From assembly GCF_006345805.1 (NCBI RefSeq), contig NC_043006.1, positions 102,362,001 through 102,426,000 on the forward strand: a stretch of DNA of 64,000 bases, written 5' to 3'. Each line of letters begins with the position of its first letter. Positions within the stretch are counted from its first letter, which is position 1. Shown piece after piece: positions 12,193-23,665 of the stretch. Both the position numbers and the translations under genes were made by a program. Below the pieces are notes generated by a model, which was not told the origin of the DNA, made no database searches, and saw only the letters and a list, made by a program, of their open reading frames with translations. The stretch is from Octopus sinensis. Its lineage: Eukaryota.

Positions 12193-12280
12193 ACATACTC
12201 TACCAGGCAATGGACAATTTCTCAAGAGCAGCTGATGACTTTTTCCAAATTTACAGAAACTTGCCAGAAAAAAATCTCAG
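12193..12280 (+). CDS. M28B peptidase family gene, exon 3 of 5 seen
   Basis: Acceptor ttacttgcag, donor AG|gtaatt. (N)ILYQAMDNFSRAADDFFQIYRNLPEKNL aligns to GCPII SLFSAVKNFTEIASKF. Phases 1 and 2 fit the neighbouring exons. Confidence 0.9.
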
Positions 12281-12586
12281 GTAATTAATGAATTGTATCA
12301 GTGTCTTTTCTTTATTACAGATTTCATTCTTTTTATAGAGGAGTCATGATATGATATAGAGAGTTTTTATAGGTAAGATATTAGCCGTTATAACTCATTG
12401 ACAGCAGCCATCTACTTGCCAAAATCTCCCCTACACAGTAATTAACTGAAGAGCGGTCCTTTTTATGTCTTTGTAATAAATTCCTTTGTAGTAAGGTCAT
12501 AACAGACAATATTTTTAACCTTAAGCTAATGAGGCTTCAATTCTGTTGAGATGGACAATTTTCATTTCTTGGACCTAGTGGGCTTG

Positions 12587-13027
12587 CACTGGTATGGGCA
12601 TGCGATGTGTATGGATGAGGACAACTGTGTAAAAAAAGTGCCGATCTCTAAATGTGAAGGAAACCTGTGGGAGAGACAGACCCAGGAAGAGATGGGACAA
12701 GGTGGTGAAGCATGATCTTTGAACGTTGGGCCTCACAGAGGCAATGACAAGTGGCCAAAACCTTTGATGGTATGCCGTGCTTGAGAAGACCTATGAAGCC
12801 AAGTGAAACAGTAGTCGTGGCTGATGCTGGTGTTACGTAACAGGTACTTAAAAAGCATCCTTCAAATGTGGGGTTTCCTGGAGGCAATGATAAGTGACAA
12901 AGATCTTTGGCGATATGCCATACTTGAGAACACTCATCAAGCCAAGTGAAAGTGTAGTTGTGGCCAATGCTGGTATCATGGGAATGGCACCTGTGCCAGT
13001 GGCTTGTAAAAAGCACCCATTACACTC
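12587..13027 (+). mobile_element. RTE-clade LINE ORF2 C-terminus plus start of 3' UTR (partly duplicated)
   Basis: LHWYGHAMCMDEDNCVKK/CRSLNVKETCGRDRPRKRWDKVVKHDL..AVLEKT is the RTE RLRWxGHVxRM...GRPRKxW motif. It runs into gtgccagtggc..gtaaaaagcaccca..tacactc, the head of the (GAT)n family. Confidence 0.85.
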
Positions 13028-13030
13028 TTA

Positions 13031-13275
13031 TTCAGGTGTCTCGTGATTTACTTTGGTGCTTTGCTTGGGATTGAACTTAGACCCTCTTAAGTAACTGCCT
13101 TAAAAATTCACTCTGATACAACCTACAGGCATAGTGTAGTGGATAAAGACACTGAAGTGCAGTCATCTAAAAGATCTGAGTTCAGTCCCAAGCAAGGCAC
13201 TAAGGTCAATTGCAAGACACCTGAAGAAGGCTGGAGTCTATGCAGTAGAAACGCAGGGAAAGCTGCAAACAAGAT
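13031..13275 (+). mobile_element. tRNA-like head with hammerhead-like tail, preceded by an inverted partial copy
   Basis: A-box-like tagtgtagtgg (~13132), B-box-like gagttcagtcc (~13180), CTGAAGA..GAAAC at 13221-13252. 13031-13088 is the reverse complement of 13169-13226. Confidence 0.55.
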
Positions 13276-14382
13276 GAAGACACCAGTCTGACTAAAAGAT
13301 AATACTGTATAAAATGATTTTGTCTTTGGGTAACAACTGTTATTTCCTATTAGCTGTCCCCTCGAAAATATGAAAAATGCCTAATATTTCCTTCAAACTT
13401 TGTCTTTGTTTCTTTTATTCAAACCCCAAAGAATCCATCTCAGCACATGGCTATGATGCTCTCCTACTACTCCTGCGCATGACCAGAAATGCACATATTA
13501 TCAGCCACTTAGTGATATGCTTAACTGGCTATGGTCAAGCAACTGACAAGCAAATTTGTGGTATTGAAAGGGGATATTTGCTATCACGATATTTCTGCCT
13601 CAGCAACTCAGCACTGATTCTGTCTGAAATGTAATGGGAAATAAATCAGTTTCAACACATTAATGGCCTGGTCACAAAAGCAAAGTGTAAATGAAGAGTA
13701 GCCAATTCCTTTGATTTCTAGACGGAAGCAAACAGGAAATAACATTTACTGGCTGAAAACAAAAAAAAAAAAAATTCAAATTTTGTTACACAGTTTAATA
13801 TATAAATTCTTCAACTCAGAAATATAGAATTGTGAATAGTTCAAGTTATTCATGGCAGAAACAGGGGAAAAAAACCCTAAAAATCAGTGGAGCTGTCAAA
13901 TTTCTAAGTGTTGAGCCTTGCAAATGAGAAAACATGACAGTATGTTGCAATATATTGTTTGACAAACTTCACAAACTCATTCCATTATGAGAACAACAAA
14001 AGGTATTAAATATTTATATGTAATACAGATGAGTGTGGAGTTGTGAGAGTGGGTGGGCGAGGAAAGACTTTATAAGAAATAGGTCAAAACATTGGACCTC
14101 ACAAATGAAACGACCAAGATATATGATGAGCTGATATGTTGAAGATCCATCATGCTTATGTTACTGAGAAAAATTGGATCTTATGAAAAGAGTGGTGAGA
14201 GGAAATAGTGCTGGATAGGAAGTTAAAATGTTAGATGAGTGGTGGTCAGTTTAGTCCAGGTTAACCACCAGTAATTTATATCCAAGATAAGGTGGTCCAA
14301 GGTAACATAGTGAAATCACAAATAAAATTATATTTGCTGATCCATGAGATTGTTCCAATGAATTTTGTGAACTAGTTAATGT

Positions 14383-14985
14383 GCTGGTATAGCAGAATGG
14401 TTAAGACTTTTGCTTCCCAACCATATGGTTTGAAGTTCAGTGTCTTCTACTATAGCTTCAAGCTGACCATAATCTTGTGAGTGAATTTGGTAGAGTGAAA
14501 CTGGAAGAAACTGATCGTGTGTATATATATATGTGTGTGTGTGTGGAGGCGCAATGGCCCAGTGGTTAGGGCAGCGGACCTCTTTTGCCACAACTTACTC
14601 CCACTCTTTCTTCTGTTGGCTTGCTCGCTTAGCTAGCGGGGTGGCATCACTTGAAGGCTAAAACAATGTGAAGCGCATTGTGACCAGCGATGTGTAGCAA
14701 CATTTGATAGCTTGATCGGTCACAGTGACAGTAATATATATATATATATAAGTATATATATGTATGTATGTATATTTCTTTGTGCACCATTGTGTTTGTC
14801 TCCCACCACCACTAGACAACTGGTGTTGGTTTGTTTACACCCATGTGACTTAGCAATACAGCAACAGAATAAGTGCCAACAGTAAAAATAGAAAAGAAGT
14901 ACTCGAGGTCAATTCTTTCGACTTTGACTAAAACCCTTCAAGACGGTGCCCCAGCATGGCCATAGTCCAATGACTGTAGAAAATA
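14383..14985 (+). mobile_element. SINE family C interrupted in its internal microsatellite by an internally deleted family A SINE (14545-14730)
   Basis: 5' half 14383-14520; (TA)(TG) tract; ggaggcgcaatggcccagtggttagggcagcggac head fused to the tail also seen at 35760-35892; (TA) tract; 3' half 14776-14985. Confidence 0.75.
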
Positions 14986-16071
14986 ACAGATTATATAACT
15001 GTGAATAAGATGATGATCCCTGCATGAGATTACTGTATATGAAGCCAAAACATTAGTCTACTGATTTTATGATCATGGATTCAATCAAGCTTTGACAAAG
15101 ACTTTGTTCTTGGCCAAAAGAAAAACATATTACTAAACCTAGCTTCTTGCATCAGTGTTTGTAATTGAAATTTTAGCGAGAGGTATGTGGTGGCAGAGCT
15201 GCTTTAGCAGCACTATAGACCTCTGGACAAATCAGTGAACTAGGCCCTATAGTATCTATTTATTTACAGCAAATGTCCAAGGATCCATCATGGCATCCTG
15301 TCCAAGGAGGAATATCTAAGCCAGGGAAACTGGCCTTGTGTTCCTTATGGAGTAATGTGGACTAACCAAATAACAACATACATAGGTCAGAATTGGATCC
15401 CTAGACTCATGGGGCCATTGGGCAATTTTCCAGTGTGCTCATGCCTTCAGACTGTCACAACGTATAACTTATTTATGATTCATATGTAAATGTTCAGTGT
15501 TTTAAAACTCATAAAATTCATAATCATAGATGTAACCTCATGAAGAAGATAAGAAGATATGAAACATGAATTCATTTACAAATCTTCATTTAAGTGCTAT
15601 TTTCTAAATGGAAATATGACTTAAAAGCAGGGTGTATAAGATATTCACAAGCTTAGTAAAGTATATCAGAAGGTTAGGGATGTCTGAGGCGTAGTGTATG
15701 ATGTTTAGTATGTTTCACATATAAGATTATCATATTTTTTTCCCTTTTAATCAGGAAATAAGTTGGCACCTATGACCTTTTACAGGGCTCCAAAACTAGT
15801 AGGAATGGGAAAGGAAGGTATCCTCAAACTAGAAATTTGGCCTGAATGCTTGTGACAGAGTGGGCTCTGTTAAAGTTACCCAAGGATCAGGCTGTGTTGT
15901 TAAAGTGAATGATGGATTCATTTGACCTCTTGAATGTAATACCATTTCACATTTAAAAAAGTATATTCTAGGAATACTTGCATTGATATTAAAGTTTGTG
16001 TCTTATCTTCACAAAAGAAAAGACCATTACTTTTAGAATACTTATGATATTCTAATACATGCATTAATAAC

Positions 16072-16278
16072 ATCATTTAACATCTGTTTTCCCTGCTGGC
16101 ATGAATCGGATGATTTGATAGGGGCTGGCAAGCCAAGAAGCTGCACCAGGCTCCATTGTTTGTTGTGACCCGGTTTCTTTGGTTAGATGCCCTTTCTAAC
16201 ACCAACCTCTTTACAGTCTACTGGGAGCTTTTTATGTGACACCAGCACAGATGCTTTTTACATGGCACCAGCACCCAC
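16072..16278 (-). mobile_element. Diverged RTE 3' tail fragment
   Basis: catcatttaacatctgttttcc.tgctggcatg...gatgccctttctaacaccaacc. Confidence 0.7.
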
Positions 16279-16712
16279 AAGTAAATTATAGTTCAAAATG
16301 ATTCTGATGGTATAGGATTGCTGCTGGGTGCAGTGGCTGATCACACATTATCAACATAGTTAAGATTCAAAATCTTTCTAGTGTATTTTTTTGTGACATT
16401 AGGGAAAATACATTCTTTAGTTCTTCTCTTATAGAAATAGCCAAAAGTGAAGCATGTTAGATGTTCTTTGCCTTCATATGAAATTGCCTTTTGCTGATTA
16501 TAAATGACTAACACTGTTTTTTCTCAAATTCCAATAATTGTCTAAAAAAAGGATGCTTCACTACTAATAGATGATCTGTTAGAGGTAAGCAAGGTATACA
16601 TGTAGTATACCTTGCTTCTTTCTAATGAGTCAACTGGTAGTGTAAGATTTGTTCTGATGAAGTTTATATGAAATTAATTTCAAGTTTTTTTTTTTATTAT
16701 TTTTCTTGACAG

Positions 16713-16805
16713 TGAATGTGAGATTCACATAATAAACCACCAACTCATTCGGTTATCTCGAGCATTCATTGTTGACAGAGGTCTTCCAGGGCAACCCCAC
16801 TACAA
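16713..16805 (+). CDS. M28B peptidase family gene, exon 4 of 5 seen (93 bp)
   Basis: Acceptor ttttcttgacag, donor AA|gtgagt. (S)ECEIHIINHQLIRLSRAFIVDRGLPGQPHY aligns to GCPII [27 protein letters not shown] (TfR-like dimerisation domain). Confidence 0.92.
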
Positions 16806-18034
16806 GTGAGTCACGTGGTTCTCATATTCTTTTACATAAATTTTCTTTTGTATTCAATTTAATTTTAGTTTTTATCATCAGCTCCACAGCAGAACTTGCT
16901 CAAAAATTTGATTCTTCTCTTGAAAGTTTTAGTGAGACCACCACAATTAATATAGAACTTAAGTGGTTTGTGTATTCATAATACACATAGGAAGATGGGA
17001 ATTCCCTCTTGCATCTTATCAGGTTCTAAAGTAAGAGACTGTAGCAGAATCCTGAATTGATTGGAAGTGGAGATGTAGTTAGGTATTTTGTTGGTGAGGC
17101 ATTGATTTCTTTCAGACAAGAGAAATAAGAACACTGGGTTTTTTTGTTTTTTTTTTTTGTTTAACATGTTTTTTTTTAATTATCGTTTGCTTCTTGCATG
17201 GCTAAGACATGTTTATTCATTAAAACTTTTCTTTCCCTCTTATCTGAATGCTTTTCCTATTGCTACTAGTCAAATGGGAAATAAAAGTCAAGCATACTTG
17301 CTGTTTTAGTAAGTAAAAATGGAGCAAGCAGAGTTAATTTCATTGCTCAAGGCCACATTACAGTGCCTACATTAGGCTCTCAACTGATGACCATCTGGTC
17401 CCAAAATCACTTAACATATGCTACAGGAAGAAAACTAGCATTATGTCTTTATACATTGACCAATTTTATGAGTGCCCAAATTCTACAAATAACCTACTTT
17501 TATTACTAAATTTCTCTTAAAACACCTTCCCATTGTTCTTGATTAGTTTTGTTGCTAGTACAATTGATATATTTGACACAGTTGGTTTTTTCTTCCTCTC
17601 ATCATCATAATAAGGTCTCAAAATGACATGTTCTACTAGAACCACATAGCATATGTTACATAACAGTCTCTCAAGTCCCCAGCAGTCTCTTAACTACCAG
17701 TATTTATAGTTTCATTGTACTCAATGGTGAAGACACATCTCCACCTTGTCACTAATCAGCATCAGGTAACAATTCCTATATGTATGTATATATATGTAGG
17801 CTTGCATGCACCAATGTGTATAGGATACAAACATTAATGCGACAACTGAAAAACTGCATTGAGTTAAAAACACTCTCTTGTCACTTTTGCTATCATCTTT
17901 GCCATTCGTTTTCTTGGGGTTAATGAAATAAAGTAACATTAGAATACTGATATTGATATAATCAGCTAATTCCTCTCTTCGAAATTGCTGGTTTCATGAC
18001 AAAACTAGAAACAGTTATTTAGTCAAAAGATTAA

Positions 18035-18222
18035 CAGAAGCATTGGAAACTCAGAAAAAATGCCTTGGAATATTCTGAGTTTGTACATTTTGATTTCAAC
18101 TTTGACTGAGGCCAACTTTGCTTTTCATCCCTTCGGGGTCAATTAGATAAAGTACCAATCAAGTACTGAGGTCAGCCCCTCCCACAAAATTTAAAACCTT
18201 GTGTCTATGTTGGAAACAATTA
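18035..18222 (+). mobile_element. Diverged SINE family B
   Basis: gaggccaactttgcttttcatcccttcggggtcaattagataaagtacc core. Confidence 0.7.
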
Positions 18223-18529
18223 TTTAGTGAGAGGAGAAACTGATCCCTATTAATATTCACTGGTTTTCTCAAAATGATTCAACATTTTGTAAGGCTTCAC
18301 TTTTTCCTGAATACACTTTTGTAGGAAAAATATGGGCAGATAATGAGTTTAGAATGATGCAGATCAGTTATTTTTCTTGTTTTCTTTTCATTCCCAGTAA
18401 CTTTTTCTCTTCCTTTTGGCCACCCTTAAATTATTTGCCAATTATTTCTTAAGTTAGCCAATTACCTATTAAATCCAAAAAAATATTCAATATTTCTTTT
18501 TAATTTTATTGTCTTATTTTCTATTCCAG

Positions 18530-18725
18530 AAATGTGTTGATGGCTCCTCATCCGGACAATATTAATGAACAGCTTATATTCCCAGGTGTAATATCAGCAG
18601 CCCTGGAAGGACAGAGTTCAAAAGACTACAATCTGTTGAAGGAGCAACTTGCTGTGTTGGTCTTGGCTTTCCAAACAGCAGAAGATGTACTTAGTGATGG
18701 CTTGATTGGTCGAGATGAATGGTAG
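18530..18725 (+). CDS. M28B peptidase family gene, terminal coding exon
   Basis: Acceptor ttttctattccag. (K)NVLMAPHPDNINEQLIFPGVISAALEGQSSKDYNLLKEQLAVLVLAFQTAEDVLSDGLIGRDEW* aligns to GCPII RHVIYAPSSHNKY...FPGIYDAL...VKRQIYVAAFTVQAAAETL. Stop TAG at 18723-18725. Confidence 0.93.
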
Positions 18726-20943
18726 CCTCTTGTTATCGTCATTTCCATTGTTGACGTCAACAGACCATTCATCTTTCTCACTTCTCATTTCTTCCACCAT
18801 TATTGTTTTTATTTTTCTTAAATATGTTTTTTTACATTTCTTTTAATTTGATTTTTGACTAAACCTTTTTATTTCATTTCTTATATTTTCAATTTTCAAT
18901 TGAATTCTTCTTGAAAAAAATTTTCTGTTTTATTCATACTTAAAATTTTAAAAACTTTCCCCTTTTTTGTTTCTACTTTAGTTTTATTTGTTTGGTTTTT
19001 GTTTGTTTTTTCTCTTTTTTAATTTTTAAAATTATTTTCTCTTTCAATTATCTACTAGTTTTGTCTTCTTTTTTCTTGGTTTTTGTTTGGTTATTTTTTA
19101 TCTTTTTTTTTTGTCTGGTACTTTTTTTTAATGAGACCAACATAAATAACAGCACTATTGGCATCTGGTATTTTTACACACACACACATTGTAAAGCTAT
19201 ATACAACAGTGATTTGCTACATCGAAGACATATTTTCTGATTATTTTTCCTGGATAAACATTTTTTGGTATATACATCCCCAAATAATTTCAAAAAAAAT
19301 TTTAAAAAAACTTTCAAAAAAATTTCCAAAATCTAAAATGAAAAAAAAAAGACAGATTAATAAATTTAAAAAGACAAAAAAAAAATAAAAGGAAAAAAAT
19401 TACAAAATTGTTTTAAAAATCATTTACAAAAAATAAATATAAGTAAAAAAAAAACACTTTTTTAAATTGTAAAAAGTTTTAGATATTTAGATGATGGAAG
19501 AATGTGAGGAGGGGAAACTGAAGAAATATGTGTGAGCAAGAATGGTTTTAGGCGGCAGTTGAGGGTGAGAAAGAAAAATTAGCTAAAGATCCACTTCAGA
19601 ATGAAAGATCAAGTGAATCTATATACACATGTAAGTGTATATACATACACACACACACATACACACACACACACATATTTCTTAGTGATGAGTATTTGCA
19701 AGTATGTGTGAAAGAAAGGAGTATCAGTGTAGATGGAATACAAATAAGTGAGTGTTTGCGTACATGTGTGTGTGCTTTGGTTATTAGTCTGAGAAGAAAG
19801 GAATGTTCCATGACTATTTTTTTTATCTTTAGTCACTCTTAGCTTGAAAGTAAGTATTTCCAGAGACTGCTAGCCCTTCTTGGCTGGGTTGGGTACTCAG
19901 AGGGCCTTTCAGTGAGTGGAAGAGTTTGTTAGCAGTGATGAGGAGTACTGACAAGAAAGGGAGAGAGAGAGAGAGAGAGAGAGAGTTGTGAGTTGCAATG
20001 AAAGGAATGGCAAAAAGAGCATAAGACATAATAGAGAGTGAGAACTAAGACAGGGAGAGAGAGTAAGACTGAGAAGCAGTTGTTGGGGGTGGGGACGGAA
20101 TTGAGAGAGGAGAGCTCATTACATGTATCAGGTAATGGAGGGCTGAAATGACAAGAAACAGAACACGGCAGCAAGAGTTGGACTTTAAAGAAAATGGATT
20201 CACGGTACCAGTAAGAGAAAGGACTAAAGAAAACTAATATGGAAAGAGGCATAGTCATACATAACAAAGTTTACTGGAGATAAGGAATACAAGTAAAAGA
20301 AAGGATTACGAACGGAAAGCGATGTCGTTACATGAGTGGTTTGGAAGCAAAAGTAGACAGGAGACGGGGAGAAAGATGTTCTGTTTAACCATGTGAGTCT
20401 ATGAATAATAACATTTGATTAGTATAGACTAGACTGAAGATTAGTGTTTCTTGGTGTATAAATTATGTAAATTTGTTATTCTACTATGTCTGATAAATGG
20501 ATGTGTTGACTTTGATGTCATAACAGGTAAAGGAGAGTGAGAATGTGAATGCATGAGAAAGAGAGAGAAAAATTGTTTGCATAATAGGTTTGTAAAAGAC
20601 ATTAAACATCCTTGCTTGGATGGAAATACAATGGATGGGTTACAGCCTACATATTATGGAGAATCAAGGAAAAAAATAAATTTCAAATAATAATAATAAT
20701 AATAATGTTGATGATGATGACGATGATGATGATAGTGATTAAAAACAGTCACAAACTAAAATTGTAAATTCATTAAAACTGAACTGAAAGTCACATGAGA
20801 TGTTAAACTATTGTGTCTTGGACACAGTCATCCATTCATTCGTACATACAAACATGCATGCCTATGTACATACATAGATGGGTCTGTGTGCATATCTGTC
20901 ATATATATATTGTGTTTGTGTGTATGTATATGTGTGTGTGTGC

Positions 20944-20991
<48 letters not shown>

Positions 20992-22386
20992 TCATGTACA
21001 AACTGAGAGAGAAAAATATAAAAAAACATTGAATAATCTACTTATGGAAAGCAAAACTAATGTGTATTAAGGCAGACAAATGTTCTGATTGTGTGTTTGT
21101 GTGTATGGATGTATTTGTCTGCGCGTGTAAACATTTGCAGTGTCATCTTTAATTGCCAACAACTTTTTTAACATTTCAATCTAACTGTGCAACTATGACA
21201 ACACATCCAACAAAGGCAAGAACCAATAACGATAACAACAATAACTATATTGTCTATTACCACTGTGTATATCCTTCTTTCCTTATTACTCTTGGAAGAG
21301 ACAAAAGTAATGCAAAGATCAACCAAAACGTTTACTTTCGAAAACTACAGCTACAAAAGGAACTACTTCTACTATTACTAGTACCTCCACTTCCACCATC
21401 AGCACATCCTTTGTTTTAATATTGGCAGATACAGAATTGACAAGAATCTACTGAAACAAGATTAAGAGACAGCAAGTCTTCAATATTAAAGAACAACAAA
21501 TTAAGGAATTATCTAAAACAATTTGCTTTTAATACAACACAACACAATCCTGAAGATACTGGGACAGAGTTTTTTTTTGTGTGTGTTTTTGGGTTTTTTG
21601 TTTGTTTGTTTTTTTCCATGGTATCTCTCATTTTTTATTAATAAAAAAGGAAAAATTTACAAAAAAAGACATTATTTAGAAATTTGACAAAAAAAAACAG
21701 AACAAAATAAATAAATATCAAATATTACTGAACTTTCTGGTGGCAAGTGTTTATTGAAAATTATAAAATTATGGGCAATGTATAAAATTGTGTGTTAAAT
21801 ATCTCAATATTTATAGGGCTATCAAACCCATTCTTGACAACAATGCTGGGATATCTAGACAAATTGTATAAATGAAACAAAGGAGAAAAAAAAAGATGCA
21901 GTAAAAAAAAAGGAGTTGTGTTTGTATATTTTTTAATGGTTTTTTGTTAATTAAAATTTTAATGACCATCACCACCACCACCACCACTCCATCTTATCAC
22001 CATGTGACTTTTTACTTACTTGTTTATGACTCCTTGACATAGCATTTAGGCCTGTATTATCGACCATTCTACTTTTCATCAGTTATAATGTGTATATTAT
22101 ATAATATAGCTTGTGTGTGTTTGAAGGTTCATCTTATTGTTTGCACAAATGGGTGTGGGTGGCACCTATACATATATATTTGTGCATCCACTTCTGAATT
22201 TACAAGCAAAAGAAAAACAAATTACCCTCTACATGTAGTAGAATATATTATGTTTGTTTAACATGGACTGTCAGAAAATAGAATACTTAGTACTATAACC
22301 AAGGTTAATAACATTTTTATTTTGGTTGAATCAGTCTTTTGCTATTCTGGAATTTTGCCCATGTGTTCACAGGCTTGCAAGTCATA

Positions 22387-22435
22387 TTTTGCCTGATGAG
22401 TCTGTGAACACAAGTGAAACTCCAGAGTAGCAAGA
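22387..22435 (+). ncRNA. Type I hammerhead ribozyme candidate (core intact) inside a 125-bp foldback (22324-22448)
   Basis: Stem I ttttgc/gcaaga; CTGATGA 22393-22399; stem II g-t-(c)-tgtg/caca-(a)-gt; GAAA 22416-22419; stem III actc/gagt; cleavage triplet GTA 22427-22429. Confidence 0.7.
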
Positions 22436-22706
22436 GACTGACTCAACCTATATATATATATATATGAGATTGCTATAAGGGAAAAAGAATTAGATGTAAG
22501 GTACAGTGTGCTGTTTCTCTGCAACACTAGTGGTCTACTTGATTTGTAACTCTTGTAAGAAGAACAAACCTTATATCAGAGATCTATGAACACGCCCTTG
22601 AGTGACCAACAGGATGAAGACTAGCCAAAGAAATCAGCTACAGAGAGTTTATATTATATCCATAATATATATTGCATGCATACTATTTATATTATATATA
22701 CATATA

Positions 22707-22745
<39 letters not shown>

Positions 22746-22839
22746 ATAGAGGTGTACAGTCCATATAAATAAGATGTTTTTAAACTGATATCTGTGATTC
22801 ATATACTCAGACATATTTGTGTATGTACGTGTAGTTATG

Positions 22840-22880
<41 letters not shown>

Positions 22881-23330
22881 ATTATGTATACAAAATTTAA
22901 GACCATCTCCTACCACCCATTCCCCAAGTTTTCAAAAATCTTAGTAACATTATGAGGAAAATTTCTAAATGCTCATCTGACTACGAGATCTTAGACAAGG
23001 TAGACCCATTTTCCACACCAACCCCTAATACTAAGAGCAGGCCATATAATCTCGGGATCACACACATTTCCCCTTAGTAAATATTGCCGGAAATTTGCTA
23101 AACCTGATAGGTAAGTATATCTCCATTAACCACATCTATAGAAGATTGTTCAACAGGAATTATCTAAAAGAAAGTTACAGTTGTATTCCCATCATGAAAA
23201 ATATACCACACAAAGTTAACTACATTAACATTGGCCAAGTGCACATGTAGAAATACGTATGCACATATACATAGATATATGTGGGTATATATATTTATCT
23301 GTGTGTGTTTGTGTATGTATATATATATGT

Positions 23331-23460
23331 AAAGAAAACAGGAAATGGAGAAATATTGAACAACAATTGACTTACATCAATTATTATTTATTAATTCAAT
23401 AAATAATAATTGATGTCAGTCAGTTGTTCATCGATATTTCTCCATCTTCCATTCTCTTTA
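23331..23460. repeat. Foldback hairpin element (about 50-bp arms)
   Basis: ggaaatggagaaatattgaacaac...ttattattta [ttaattcaa] taaataataa...gttgttcatcgatatttctccatcttcc. Same outer terminus as the 39.7-kb hairpin. Confidence 0.8.
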
Positions 23461-23625
23461 AATTTTGATTCTTGATAAACTCATGTTTATCCTTGTCTTT
23501 ACCCATAATTTATGAGCATAATATGCTTGCATGTGTATGCCTATGGTTAAACATAGGTAATATACTGGTAGTATAATGGATACTTCTATCCCTTAGATGG
23601 TTATTTTAATCTCTAACTCAGCTAA

Positions 23626-23665
<40 letters not shown>

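Noticed and set aside
19384-19437. AATAAA poly(A) signals for the peptidase-like gene
   Set aside because: They sit in an A-rich low-complexity tract where the hexamer is expected by chance; the true 3' end needs transcript data.
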